NCBI GenBank assembly: GCA_947627515.1
Contig: CANQWI010000001.1
Location: 1-63,826 of the forward strand
Length of the DNA stretch: 63,826 nucleotides
Direction of reading: 5' to 3'
Source of the DNA: an uncultured Clostridia bacterium
GTDB lineage: Bacteria > Bacillota > Clostridia > Christensenellales > Borkfalkiaceae
The position numbers and the translations under genes are program-made. The notes below the pieces were generated by a model. The model made no database searches. It was not told the origin of the DNA and saw only the letters and a program-made list of their open reading frames with translations. Positions 9,701 to 19,716 of the stretch are shown here, in pieces. Positions within the stretch are counted from its first letter, which is position 1; the number at the start of each line of letters is the position of its first letter.

Positions 9701-10213
9701 GCTAATGCTATGGCATTGACATTAAGAAAGCCAGCTGATGCAAGTGCAAAGGACTACTGGATTATTGAGTACAAATCAGGCGATACGGTACAATATTTAA
9801 GCATGAGCGGGAGTAGCAATCAAAATCTTGAACTTCTTTCTACAGCAGACTTTGAACTTCGTTCTTCGACTGACAAAGATAAGGCATATTGGAAGATTGA
9901 AGCAGACAGTATAGTTAATAAGAGCTTTAGTACCAATGGCTTAAGATTTAATATAGACCAGAAAGATCGTTTTTCCAACTATAAAACCAGCTATGGTACA
10001 ACCGCTACAATGGAAATCTATATTTTGAAATCTACCGCTTCCGATGTCGGAACGGAAGGACCTTCGATGGTGGCGTACACGGCGAGCATGAACGGCGGCG
10101 AGCAGGCCACCGAGCAAGGGGCATGGCTGTATGCTGTGCTTGGCGGCACTGCGATGCTTGCGTTGAGCGCGGTCGCAGTCGTCCTTCTTCTCCGTTCCCG
10201 CAAGCACGACTAA
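3761..10213 (+). CDS. giant cell-surface protein: signal peptide, BspA-type LRRs, bacterial Ig-like and Listeria-Bacteroides (InlB B) repeats, C-terminal TM anchor
   Basis: Signal peptide LLLCVMLAAALGLGTATRVDA. LRR segments (IGANAFTGLTNLTEVTV.., IGENAFAGT..). Several GYTFAGW / GYTFLGW Flg_new-type repeats. C-terminal LYAVLGGTAMLALSAVAVVLLLRSRKHD. A terminator follows. Confidence 0.85.
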   Translation: MKQQLTLRRTLLFVLPLLLCVMLAAALGLGTATRVDAAPTEQSGEHVHSTPPEELEVVYPATCVVPGIGIYTCEECQEVVPVILPADGYSHVTSKDSGGKCIYCGKTPTAAYAPVTVDGTQTTEAEADHYEVKAEEAGDETRLVIPAEYKGKEVHVADEAFKETNDMITELVVAAPQIGANAFTGLTNLTEVTVEETAKTIGAGAFENLANLEEVTLGEGLESIGENAFAGTKYIENAENWDGNALYNGTYLLKVSEDAPVAPKARRARASEEALTEFTVAEGTTVIADGAFKGLKDLTKVTLPATGLKTIGENAFDGTGLKSIFLPKDIANVAGLNFSLKIYYDGPAPAEGVWEYEGKLGSATVYFFSDSEPTVAGNFWHRDAETQEIVEWAKLTELELADYQEVLYRGNEFTTGESFKVNAIYDDGTKRESVLGYTVDSSAVKMDTVGTYEVKVTYLYVEASYTVTVREGNHKVTFVFGNGTPNDVHEEIPDGSTVTLPEAPTRAGYTFAGWQIGEDGEIRQEGSVTVTSDLTVTAQWTPKQPAISFSWADGETHDGVTANAVFDAEAETYTVTVEGAPTKLGYKHTGYKATLNGGTDGLTAQEDGSFTFKIADDMALVLTPTWEQLYTVNAAVASHAKVTFEDPQAYYASGDSITFTVAVDKGYKLVSVKNGETDLIAGENGTYTVTVGNANILITVETAEVTVTVTFVEADGVTFGNVKAEITYADDRTTATVKLTGDPVNEKPHTRFDGWTVSGYTYDPESGLTLDLTNADLELIFSAKYTQLYTVQTNIAEGNIVTVSFDPALQKEYENGATVTFTVELVDGYKLVSVKSNGSELTAGDKGVYTVTINNENITITVETRPFGDPQLRSFDKAELRKDGDDKVYLVLTLTIDEITLENLQKTTWLDNKFQNNSNLQRSVDVEKVERLSAGNQFELYFNITASIPDGEWVRARQITINGKEYSALPTTVEFGETTNTSTADGTTYTLAKEGDSFVYYLVTKQYTVTFNYAYPNEEAKSESLKVTHSKDHTLSGDLLNPAKEGYTFLGWFRDNAEPEEKIEGNKITNVQEDRSYTAKWQINQNKIDLTRGDEYGDTAGSLTWEPVGETIESFKGLTLTLTVNEGYTATVVVNGVPVESLKEVEQGTHTYTIERVVSDVKIELTFTKVGAAKVRLTVEAVAAGTAVKEEELGTALTDINGQGDVEVGTSKTVTFVVKDGYGVVEISGTDAEPTTEVVAGGIEYTLNVSVGEEAVTIQVKIGKRIKVNGPAKGVWSLNKNNFQFVEYDWEWYTDGQVTTLYIYDVGSMSEELIQSTDFTNVKPYATYQLKAYGDLSWEKIEGAINAALGDPRPESLTLAFALKKMPSAAEAEEGYIDTGLCFAVKVGTTTRDTRTFEIKPVKPDPKLTSVYNLTIVDTTMDFYAKTEYMDATTMNESNTFLKVGDSVSIKLKSAENFDGNTKVHFYFDLTNIDKVGSGALSLEIAGKSYPLTVDGTDGDPWNKEVTVGNYKLTFTGDKGSPASLTIEDIKYSIKFSQDEDATGYPTVEPVAKGNLVNLDELATPTKNGFKFSYWYYLSEGEEEETKVSGSIDPSDHAANDNDGDPYTLTLYAKFEADVQEQVSGSYTITIDNVKSYGTSYAKYEWEILDQDKKTVLIEGSLYGSASTPVGGVTQFIQFSRETKNGKKRWAYFVNSKATPAPITGISITYQISGTSTNKIPEWSLMTSDSAYTVNDSSNPTVSGNSSYGKKAITVFNNTAGTIKWDNFSGSDKFFALYLDDDMMTGKSAAQVTSITIEYGGTTGGGETTDADLQKAQQALDSLVLVEAESGISEEALVELMTDSEGVTFNWTLDNEEELGAVVEFEDGGLFVYPDAQEHDIKLSVTATYNGQTTAARQFTIHVSAVSGGEGGGDEQTKTWQKLTNVSDLEDGMQILLTATLSGTKYYSGSYTDNRNSSTKKGYFAAIKDANWKEGSQALPANAMALTLRKPADASAKDYWIIEYKSGDTVQYLSMSGSSNQNLELLSTADFELRSSTDKDKAYWKIEADSIVNKSFSTNGLRFNIDQKDRFSNYKTSYGTTATMEIYILKSTASDVGTEGPSMVAYTASMNGGEQATEQGAWLYAVLGGTAMLALSAVAVVLLLRSRKHD

Positions 10214-10230
10214 CACACACTCCAACCCAA

Positions 10231-10258
10231 AAAACCTCCCATCTCGGGAGGTTTTTTG
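10231..10258 (+). terminator. rho-independent terminator
   Basis: aacctccc..gggaggtt hairpin followed by a T-run, immediately after the stop of the 2150-aa gene. Confidence 0.75.
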
Positions 10259-10408
10259 ATGCTCTGATTTTGATGAGATCCGCTCGGCTTCGCCTCGTGA
10301 TGAGGGGAAGGGGCAGGATGAGGGGCATACAAATGGTCCCACATTCTAAAATTCAAGTCCCCGGCGGCCTTGCCCCCCGGGGACTTCATTATCTCGCGTT
10401 CTAATCAC

Positions 10409-10437
10409 GTCATCCTGAGCTCCGTCGAAGGATCACC
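10409..10437 (+). repeat. REP-like hairpin unit, copy 2 (stem ATCCT/AGGAT)
   Basis: gtcATCCTgagctccgtcgaAGGATcacc. Confidence 0.6.
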
Positions 10438-10449
10438 GCATTATAATAA

Positions 10450-10477
10450 GGTGATGGTTCGACAGGCTCACCATGAC
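10450..10477 (-). repeat. REP-like hairpin unit, copy 3 (stem ATGGT/ACCAT), inverted
   Basis: The reverse complement reads gtcATGGTgagcctgtcgaACCATcacc. Confidence 0.6.
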
Positions 10478-10530
10478 ATGATTGAGGATGCTGCCGTAGG
10501 ACAATGTTGCTCCGCCCGTTTGCTGGGATT

Positions 10531-10612
10531 CTTCGCTCCGCTACTTCGCACCAAGGGCGGTGCTCGTGCCGCGCTTAGTCACAAATAGAATGCGCGCGGG
10601 GCGGGATGAGGA
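10531..10612 (-). repeat. 82-nt repeat, copy A (inverted relative to 37987-38068)
   Basis: By eye, the reverse complement matches 37987-38068 at all but about 4 positions (tcctcatcccgccccgcgc.cattctatttgtgactaagcgcggcacgagcaccgcccttggtgcgaagtagcg..). Confidence 0.75.
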
Positions 10613-10672
10613 GTTGTAGTTGTATGAGGAGTTGGGGCGGGATGAGGGGAAGGGCGGGATGAGGGGAGAGAC

Positions 10673-11329
10673 TCAGATGCGGGTGTCGCGGCGGGCGAGG
10701 ACTTCACCCGATTCACTATCCAACAGGAGCGAGAGGGTCTCCCCGTCGCGGTCGATGATGCCGACGTAGTAGTAATTTTTGTCCCTTCTCAAGAGCCGCA
10801 CATGGAATTCGCCCAAAAACTGTCCGCTCTCCGTCATGCGCTCGATGCGGTCCTTTTCCGCGGAAACGGCGCAGTCGAGAGCCTCGGCGGGGGAGAGGGT
10901 GCTCTCATTTTTGACAGAGGTCGCCGTGATCTCGTGCACCTCTTCGTCCCGGCAGATGCGGACGGAGACGGAGCCGTTGGGGAAGGCAGTGACGCTTTCC
11001 GAGAAAAACCAATCCCCGAAGGCGTTGCGGAAGGACATTTCGCCGCCCTGCTCGCCCGCGTCCGTTGCAAAGTACGCGGAGTACTCGTTCCCCGGCACGG
11101 TGGGGACGAGGGAAATTTCCACGACGTCCGTTCTCGGGCAGGCGATGCCGTCCGCGGCAAAGGGGTACTCGCGGGAGACGCAGGTGAGTGTGAGGGAAAA
11201 CTCCTCGGTCTCGGCCTGAAAGATATCCGAGCGGAGCTCAGAGATGTGCGCGGAGTAGTCATACGACCCGCCGCACCCGCCGAGCGCGAGGGTCAAGAGA
11301 AGCAGGATGGGAAGAATTCGTTTTTTCAT
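10673..11329 (-). CDS. hypothetical lipoprotein
   Basis: Signal peptide with a lipobox (LLLLTLALGGCGG). No enzyme motif recognised. Confidence 0.7.
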   Translation of the reverse strand: MKKRILPILLLLTLALGGCGGSYDYSAHISELRSDIFQAETEEFSLTLTCVSREYPFAADGIACPRTDVVEISLVPTVPGNEYSAYFATDAGEQGGEMSFRNAFGDWFFSESVTAFPNGSVSVRICRDEEVHEITATSVKNESTLSPAEALDCAVSAEKDRIERMTESGQFLGEFHVRLLRRDKNYYYVGIIDRDGETLSLLLDSESGEVLARRDTRI

Positions 11330-11382
11330 GCTATATTCCTATGAAAAAAGGGGAAAGTTCATGACTTTTTGGGGCGATGTAG

Positions 11383-11411
11383 TTGCAATTTTTTTGCGTG
11401 TATGCTAAAAT
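11383..11411 (+). promoter_or_regulatory. sigma-70-type promoter upstream of the small membrane protein-guaB unit
   Basis: TTGCAA, 17 nt, TAAAAT. The -10 hexamer ends 29 nt upstream of ATG 11441. Confidence 0.5.
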
Positions 11412-11440
11412 AAATAAAATTACAGAATACGGAGGAGGGC

Positions 11441-13514
<2,074 letters not shown>

Positions 13515-13516
13515 TC

Positions 13517-13539
13517 AAACGCCCTTTTCGGGCGTTTTT
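13517..13539 (+). terminator. terminator-like hairpin between guaB and guaA
   Basis: aaacgccc-ttttc-gggcgttt followed by further Ts. It lies between the guaB stop (13514) and the guaA RBS. Confidence 0.5.
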
Positions 13540-13553
13540 CAAACGGAGGAGCT

Positions 13554-15086
13554 ATGCGCCATCAGAAAATTCTCGTGCTCGACTTCGGCGGGCAGTACAA
13601 TCAGCTCATCGCAAGGCGTGTCCGCGAGCTCAATGTCTACTCGGAGCTCAGGCCGTCGGAGCTGTCCGTCGAGGAAATCAAGCGGCTCGACCCCATCGGC
13701 ATCATTCTGACGGGCGGGCCCAGTAGCGTTTACGAAAAAAATGCACCTTATCTTGCGAAAGACGTCCTTGCGCTCGGTATTCCCGTGCTCGGCATCTGCT
13801 ACGGCTGCCAGCTCATCACCGTCCTGCTCGGGGGCGAGGTCGGCCGTGCGGAGCGGTCGGAATTCGGCAAAACGCAACTCACCGTCCACGCGGAGAGCCC
13901 GCTTTTTGACGGCATTCCGAAAAAGAGCGTCTGCTGGATGAGCCACACCGACCGCATCAGAACGCTCCCCGACGGCTTTACCGCGCTTGCCTCCACCGAC
14001 GGCTGTCCCGTGGCTGCTTACGGGGACGAGGAGAAAAGCATCTACGGCGTGCAGTTTCATCCCGAGGTCGTCCACACCGAATACGGCGGGCAGGTGCTGA
14101 AAAACTTCCTCCGCATCTGCGGCGCGAGAGGGGACTGGACGATGCACGGCTTTGTCGAGGAGAGCGTACTTTCTCTTAAGGAAAGGCTTGGGACGGGCAG
14201 GGTGCTCTCGGCGATGTCGGGCGGGGTGGATTCCGCAGTCGCCGCCGCGCTTGTCCACAGGGCGATCGGGGAGAGGCTGACCTGCGTCTTCGTCGACCAC
14301 GGCCTGCACAGGAAAGGGGAGCCCGAGGAGGTCATGCGGGTGTTCCGTGACGAGCTGCACATGAACCTCATCAGGGTGGACGCGAGGGAGCTCTTTCTCA
14401 ACGCCCTCCGCGGCGTCACCGACCCCGAGGAGAAGCGCAGGATCATCGGCAGGCTGTTTATCGAGGTGTTTGAGCGGCAGGCAAGGGCAATCGGAAGCGT
14501 CGATTATCTCGTGCAGGGGACCATTTACCCCGACGTCGTTGAGAGCGGAAGGGGCAAGAGTGCCGTCATTAAATCTCACCACAACGTGGGCGGCCTGCCC
14601 GACGTCATTGATTTTAAAGAGCTCGTCGAGCCGCTCAGGGACCTCTTTAAGGACGAGGTGAGAAGGGTGGGGACGGAGCTCGGCCTCGAGGAGAGGATCG
14701 TGTGGCGTCAGCCCTGCCCGGGGCCCGCGCTCGCCATCCGCATTATGGGCGAGGTCACCGAGGAAAAGCTTGAGATCGTCCGCGAGGCAGATGCGATTTT
14801 TACGGAGGAGCTCATGCGGGCGGGTCTTGAAAAGGACGTCTGGCAGTACTTTGCCGTGCTCACGGACAGCAAGACGGTGGGCGTGCAGGGGGACGCGAGG
14901 ACGTACGAAAACGTCATTGCGCTCCGTGCGGTCACGAGCGTGGACGCCATGACGGCCGACTGGGCCCGCATCCCCTATGAGGTGCTCGAGCGGGTGTCCG
15001 TCCGCATCACGGGGGAGGTCAGGCACGCCAACCGCGTCGTCTACGACATCACCTCCAAGCCTCCCGCAACCATCGAGTGGGAGTGA
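13554..15086 (+). CDS. guaA: GMP synthase (glutamine-hydrolysing)
   Basis: GATase N-terminus [25 protein letters not shown]; ATP-PPase SGGVDS; C-terminal PPATIEWE. Confidence 0.97.
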   Translation: MRHQKILVLDFGGQYNQLIARRVRELNVYSELRPSELSVEEIKRLDPIGIILTGGPSSVYEKNAPYLAKDVLALGIPVLGICYGCQLITVLLGGEVGRAERSEFGKTQLTVHAESPLFDGIPKKSVCWMSHTDRIRTLPDGFTALASTDGCPVAAYGDEEKSIYGVQFHPEVVHTEYGGQVLKNFLRICGARGDWTMHGFVEESVLSLKERLGTGRVLSAMSGGVDSAVAAALVHRAIGERLTCVFVDHGLHRKGEPEEVMRVFRDELHMNLIRVDARELFLNALRGVTDPEEKRRIIGRLFIEVFERQARAIGSVDYLVQGTIYPDVVESGRGKSAVIKSHHNVGGLPDVIDFKELVEPLRDLFKDEVRRVGTELGLEERIVWRQPCPGPALAIRIMGEVTEEKLEIVREADAIFTEELMRAGLEKDVWQYFAVLTDSKTVGVQGDARTYENVIALRAVTSVDAMTADWARIPYEVLERVSVRITGEVRHANRVVYDITSKPPATIEWE

Positions 15087-15187
15087 TTTGAAACCCATCG
15101 TGACGCAAAATGCCCCACCCATGTCCGTGACCCTATGCCTGCTTTTTTGCTGAGGCATAAAGAAGGGCCGCGGACGGGGCAGAGCAT

Positions 15188-16216
15188 TTACGCTTTAAAA
15201 AACTGTTTATTATAGAGGACCGACGGATGTGCGGGGGCGATCGCCTCCGTTTTTTTGTGCCAGTAAAACGCCTTTTCCCGCTCTCCGCACCGCCAGCAGC
15301 AGACGACAAGCTGCAGCATGGGTACGAGCGACCTGCACGCGGGCTCCTCAAAGTCACCCTCCTTAGTGTGGTCGCGGCAGGTGAGGGCGGTCTCATACCA
15401 AAAGGCCGCCTCGCGCAGTCTGTTCGCCTTGAAAAACAGCCGTCCGATCCCGCACAGCACATACGCCCGCGGCTCGCCGAGGGTCAGGCTGTGAAGGAGC
15501 GCAGAAAGAGCTTTTTCATCCTCCCCGCATTCCTCATAGCAGCGGGAGAGGACCTCGCACGCGGCGATCTTGTTGACATACCACCCGTCCGACGAGAGCA
15601 TTTTATTTAAAACCGTCTCTGCCTCCGCATACAGCCTGTGGTAGTAGAGCTCCCGCCCGTAATAAAAGAGGTCGCGCGGGGAGAGGGGTTCCTCTGCGGC
15701 CCAGCGCAAATAGATGTCGAGGTTGCGTCGGCCCCGCGCCTTTTCACTCGAAAGATGCCGCACCGTCATGGGGTAGTGCAGAATTTTCCCGCGCGGGGGA
15801 ACCGCCTCATGCACCCGCCCGACAAACCGAAAATTTTGCTCTCTCCTCAAAAACCGCTCCCGCTCATAGACGAGATCGCCCGCCGCATATGGGCAAAAGA
15901 GCATGTCGGGCCGCTCCCGCTCGAGAAGGGCAAGAAGTGTGTCTCTATCGACCGCCTCCACGACGTCGTCCGCGTCCAGCCAAAGGAGATACTCTCCCGT
16001 GGCATAAGAAAGGGCCGCATTCCGCGCATATGCAAAGTCCTCCCGCCAGACGAGGTCGAAGATCTTGTCGGTATATTCCCTCGCGATGTTCTTGGTGTTG
16101 TCCGCGGAGCCCGTATCGACGATGATGAGCTCATCATACAGCCCCTTTGCGCTCTCGAGACAGCGGGGGAGCGTCCGCTCCTCGTCCCGCACGATCATGC
16201 AGAGTGAAATTTTCAT
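15188..16216 (-). CDS. family 2 glycosyltransferase with a C-terminal TPR-like domain
   Basis: MKISLCMIVRDEE..IIVDTGSADNT..WLDADD (GT2 DxD). Start chosen at ATG 16216 with a GGAGGTG RBS, 12 codons inside the track ORF. Confidence 0.8.
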   Translation of the reverse strand: MKISLCMIVRDEERTLPRCLESAKGLYDELIIVDTGSADNTKNIAREYTDKIFDLVWREDFAYARNAALSYATGEYLLWLDADDVVEAVDRDTLLALLERERPDMLFCPYAAGDLVYERERFLRREQNFRFVGRVHEAVPPRGKILHYPMTVRHLSSEKARGRRNLDIYLRWAAEEPLSPRDLFYYGRELYYHRLYAEAETVLNKMLSSDGWYVNKIAACEVLSRCYEECGEDEKALSALLHSLTLGEPRAYVLCGIGRLFFKANRLREAAFWYETALTCRDHTKEGDFEEPACRSLVPMLQLVVCCWRCGEREKAFYWHKKTEAIAPAHPSVLYNKQFFKA

Positions 16217-16367
16217 CCGCACCTCCCATACCACTGTATGAGCGTCGCCCAAGGAGGGGTCACCGCGCTATACTTTTGTGACAATTTGTTCGTTCGTGCA
16301 CATTTTCGCACATTTATAGTCATTTTGCATTCCATACATGCTCGTTTTGCAAGATTACGAACATATA

Positions 16368-16396
16368 TTGACATTTTTCAGGAAAAATGTTATGCT
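16368..16396 (+). promoter_or_regulatory. sigma-70-type promoter of the ABC / glycan locus
   Basis: TTGACA, 17 nt, TATGCT with TGT immediately upstream (extended -10-like). It lies in an AT-rich spacer about 100 nt upstream of ATG 16495. Confidence 0.55.
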
Positions 16397-16494
16397 ACAT
16401 GTGTGAAAATAACTTTTTCTGAAAAAAATTGAAGCTTTTTAATGAAAAAAATGAACTTTTATCACATAATTATTTCAGAATTGGCGGGAAAAAG

Positions 16495-18708
16495 ATGCAG
16501 CTGACCAAAAAAGGAATCAAATTTCTCATCGGGGCCGTGGCGATGGCCGTCCTGTTCCTCGCCTCCGTAGTCGTATTCGCGGTCTCTGCCGTGCTGTCGA
16601 ACGGGGCGTCTGACCTCGGCTTTGACGTCACCGACCGCAGCGTCGTCAAAATGACGGTGGACGCAGAGGGAAACCGCATCGCAGGGACACAGAACGGCGG
16701 TATCTTTGCCTTCTCGGACGGAGGGCTGCTCTGGGACGTCGGGGCATTGCGCGACTGTGCGGTCCGTGACATTCTGTCGGACGGCGGGAGAGTGTATGTC
16801 GCCTATGCGGACGGGAGCGTCGTCTCCTTCCGTGAGGAGGACGCCCTCGCCTTCTGTGCGCCGCAGGAGAGTGCCGCCCCTTCCGCAGCGGAGCCGCTCT
16901 CCGAGGAGCTCCCCGTTGAAGAGACGGAGGCCGCTCCCGCGGAGACTACCGACGAAAGCGCGCCCCTCGCAGAGCCTGTTTCAGAGGCTCCCGCAGAGGC
17001 TCCTGCGGAGTCTATTTCGGAAATCGTTCCGATCGCGGAGGAGCAAAAATTCGAGGACTTCACCCTGACGCGGCTCGATTACACGATCTCGGGCGGCGTC
17101 TCCGAAACGCAGCTTCTTGCGGCAAACGGGGGCGTGTACCTCCGCGCCCGCTGCAACGACGGGAAGGACCGCAACTATCTCTTCCGCATCGAGGGAGAAA
17201 AGGTCTCCCGCGTCCGCAATCCGAGCTCCTTCCTCCTCGGTGGAATGACCCTTTTCAACGGAAAATTCTACTACAGCATGGGCACCCGTCTCTTTACGGA
17301 GAAGGGGGAGGAGCTTCTCAAATTCGACGAAAGCATCCTCGCCCTCTCGTCGGGGGAGGAGGGGATCTCCATGGTCACCGAGAGCGGACGGCTCGTCGTC
17401 TATGACGCGGAGAACAAAGAGACGGTCTATGACGGAGGCCTTGGCCTCGACATCGCGCCCATCGAAAATTCAGGCTCCTTCTACATCTTCTCGACGGGGG
17501 AGAACTTCCTCGCAAAGATCAGGGACGGCGGCGTGGCGTACATCGAGACGGTGCGGCGGGGAGTCACCCTCTCCATGGCGGCGGGAAACAACGCCAACTT
17601 CATCCTTTGGAATGACGACTGCTTCATGCTCCGTGACACCACCGACGTCACGCATCCCGTCATTACCTTCTATACCGTCGAGCATGCCCGCTCGGCCGCC
17701 ATGTTTGCGATCCTCGAGTGGGTGTTCCTCGCTCTTGCGCTCCTGTTTTTGGCCGCCGCGGTTATTCTCTTCCTCTGCATTTCCGAAAAGCTGCGGGAGA
17801 AGCTCAAAAAGGGCACTCTCTCCACGCTCAAGGCCATTTGGAGGGATCGGGCCATCTATCTTGCCTTGCTCATTCCCTTCCTGCTACTTATCACCTTCTA
17901 TTACGTGCCCATTGTGCTCGGCTTCTCCATCTCGTTCATGGACTATGTCCCGGGGCAAAAGGCGGTGTTCGAGGGCTTCAAATACTTCTCCATGGTCGTC
18001 AGGAGCAGTGACTTTTGGTCGAGCGCGGGGACGATGCTCCTGTTCCTTCTCGCCGACCTTGCCAAGGCGCTCATCCCGCCCTTTATCATCGCCGAGCTTC
18101 TCATCCTCTGCAAGCTGAAGAGATTCTCCCTTTGGATCAGGATCCTTCTCTTCCTGCCGGGCATCCTGCCGGGCGTCGCGGCGACCCTCGTCTGGCAGCA
18201 GGGCATCTTCGACTCCTCGACGAACAGCCTCGTCAATGCCTTTATCAAGCTGTTCGCGCCGACCTTTACGGGCCTCAACTGGATCTACAACCCGTCCTAT
18301 GCCGTCAGGGTGCTCACGATCATCTGCTTCGGGTTCCCGTGGGTGGGGAGCTACCTCATCTTCTTCGGAGCCCTCGGAGGGATCAATACCTCCATCTTCG
18401 AGGCGGCCAAGCTCGACGGCTGCCCTTGGATCACAAGGCTGTTCGCGATCGACATCCCGCTCATCGTTTCACAGATAAAATATGTGCTCATCACGACCTT
18501 TATCGCATCCGTGCAGAACTACGGGACGCTGTACATTCTCTACGGCACGGGGTCGGGAGACACCCTGCGGACGCCCGCACTCATGATGTACAGCGAGATC
18601 ATGGCGGGGAATTACAACGTCGCAGGCGTCATGGGCGTATTCCTCTTCCTCTTCCTCGCCGTTGTCACGGTGATCAACTTCCGCTCGCAGAAAGAGCAGA
18701 TCGAGTGA
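16495..18708 (+). CDS. carbohydrate ABC transporter permease (MalF-like) fused to a roughly 400-aa N-terminal extracytoplasmic domain
   Basis: TM1 (FLIGAVAMAVLFLASVVVFAV), a large ectodomain with an A/P/E-rich linker, a second TM, then a six-TM CUT1-type core with the EAA loop FEAAKLDGCPWITRLFAIDIPL. ATG 16495 is preferred over the TTG at 16429. Confidence 0.8.
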   Translation: MQLTKKGIKFLIGAVAMAVLFLASVVVFAVSAVLSNGASDLGFDVTDRSVVKMTVDAEGNRIAGTQNGGIFAFSDGGLLWDVGALRDCAVRDILSDGGRVYVAYADGSVVSFREEDALAFCAPQESAAPSAAEPLSEELPVEETEAAPAETTDESAPLAEPVSEAPAEAPAESISEIVPIAEEQKFEDFTLTRLDYTISGGVSETQLLAANGGVYLRARCNDGKDRNYLFRIEGEKVSRVRNPSSFLLGGMTLFNGKFYYSMGTRLFTEKGEELLKFDESILALSSGEEGISMVTESGRLVVYDAENKETVYDGGLGLDIAPIENSGSFYIFSTGENFLAKIRDGGVAYIETVRRGVTLSMAAGNNANFILWNDDCFMLRDTTDVTHPVITFYTVEHARSAAMFAILEWVFLALALLFLAAAVILFLCISEKLREKLKKGTLSTLKAIWRDRAIYLALLIPFLLLITFYYVPIVLGFSISFMDYVPGQKAVFEGFKYFSMVVRSSDFWSSAGTMLLFLLADLAKALIPPFIIAELLILCKLKRFSLWIRILLFLPGILPGVAATLVWQQGIFDSSTNSLVNAFIKLFAPTFTGLNWIYNPSYAVRVLTIICFGFPWVGSYLIFFGALGGINTSIFEAAKLDGCPWITRLFAIDIPLIVSQIKYVLITTFIASVQNYGTLYILYGTGSGDTLRTPALMMYSEIMAGNYNVAGVMGVFLFLFLAVVTVINFRSQKEQIE

Positions 18709-18718
18709 GGTGACGCAT

Positions 18719-19582
18719 ATGGCAAAATACAAAACCGGCTTACATATCCGCATCCTCGGCACAGACGGCGTCATTGTACAGACAATTATCACGATCTTCC
18801 TCGTCCTGACGCTCTTTTTGTGCATGCTGCCCGTGTTCGTCACGATCATCATGTCGCTGAAGTTCACGCAGGACATCAACGCCTATCCCATCTGGACCTT
18901 CCCGATCTCGGGCTGGGCCTTCTCCAACTATGCCTCGGCGTTTCGGGTGCTCTCCTCGCCGCTGCTCTGGACCCTGCTCATGGACCTCGGCGTCACCGTC
19001 GCGGTCATGCTCGGGAGCTGCTACATCGCCTTCCTCTTCCAATGGTACAGATTCAAGGGGAAAAAGCTCCTGTTCGCGCTCTTCATCCTGCCCATGCTCG
19101 TGCCCAACGTCGTGCTTTTGTCGCCCACCTACATCGTGGCGTACAACCTGCACATCACGGGCAGCTACTGGGGCGTCATTTTGCCCTATCTCGCGGGGAA
19201 TCAGATCGCGACGGTATTCATGCTCCGCGTCTTCATGCAGCAGCATCCCGTCTCTTTGTATGAGGCGGCACGTCTCGACGGAGCCAATAAGTTCGCACTC
19301 TTCATCTATGTGTGCCTCCCGCTCTCCTTCCCCATCATGATGGTGCAGGGCATCGGCATCTTCGCGGCCATCTACAACGATTACCTCTGGCCGCAGCTCA
19401 TCTTCTCGAACGACCCCGCCAAGGGCACCATCATGCCCTACCTCCGTCAGGCACTCGCGGGGCTCTCGCAGGGGGTGCAGTACGCAATGTATCTCGTCGC
19501 GGGCATCCCGCTCATCATCTCCACCGCGATCAGCATCAAATTCTTCGTCTCGGGCGATTTCGCGAGCGGGCTCAAGATGTAA
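18719..19582 (+). CDS. carbohydrate ABC transporter permease (MalG-like)
   Basis: EAA loop YEAARLDGANKFALFIYVCLPL. ATG 18719 has GAGG 8 nt upstream; the in-frame GTG 18710 is an alternative start. Confidence 0.85.
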   Translation: MAKYKTGLHIRILGTDGVIVQTIITIFLVLTLFLCMLPVFVTIIMSLKFTQDINAYPIWTFPISGWAFSNYASAFRVLSSPLLWTLLMDLGVTVAVMLGSCYIAFLFQWYRFKGKKLLFALFILPMLVPNVVLLSPTYIVAYNLHITGSYWGVILPYLAGNQIATVFMLRVFMQQHPVSLYEAARLDGANKFALFIYVCLPLSFPIMMVQGIGIFAAIYNDYLWPQLIFSNDPAKGTIMPYLRQALAGLSQGVQYAMYLVAGIPLIISTAISIKFFVSGDFASGLKM

Positions 19583-19716
19583 CGCCGTCAAAGACCGAGG
19601 CCCGAAAAAAGGGATATCCCTTTTGGCTTCTCTCACAAGAGAAGCCAAGCATCTTAAAAGCTTTCCCCATATCGGGGAAATCGATAAAATCGAAAATTCA
19701 GGAGGAAAACAAGAAA

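Larger units (their letters stand above)
10260..10672. repeat. intergenic mosaic of REP-like repeats (cluster A)
   Basis: Contains two hairpin units (10409-10437 and 10450-10477), hairpin agtccccgg..ccggggact, gggatgagg(g/a) iterations, and an 82-nt segment that recurs inverted at 37987-38068. Track ORFs here (for example 10370-10588) read like translated repeats. Confidence 0.6.

Noticed and set aside
10370-10588. 72-aa ORF in the repeat cluster, plus 10123-10404 and 37902-38216
   Set aside because: They consist of translated REP-like hairpins (strings such as HVILSSVEGSP and VMVRQAHHD), lack an RBS, and lie wholly within mosaic repeats.
11330-11440. Purine/guanine riboswitch upstream of the guaB unit
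   Set aside because: The spacer is only about 110 nt, is mostly promoter plus RBS, and has no three-way-junction-like pairing or conserved purine-riboswitch loop motifs.
13539-15158. 539-aa minus-strand ORF opposite guaA, and similar antisense ORFs opposite guaB
   Set aside because: guaA and guaB are unambiguous on the plus strand, so the antisense ORFs are GC-driven artefacts.
16429-16494. TTG start for the permease fusion gene
   Set aside because: The 22 extra residues (MKLFNEKNELLSHNYFRIGGKK) lie in AT-rich leader DNA. ATG 16495 immediately precedes the positively charged N-terminus and TM helix.
19312-19716. Upstream extension of the solute-binding protein ORF
   Set aside because: The extension overlaps the MalG-like permease in another frame and translates to H/R/G/P-rich nonsense. 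ATG 19717 has an AGGAGGA RBS and starts a lipoprotein signal peptide.
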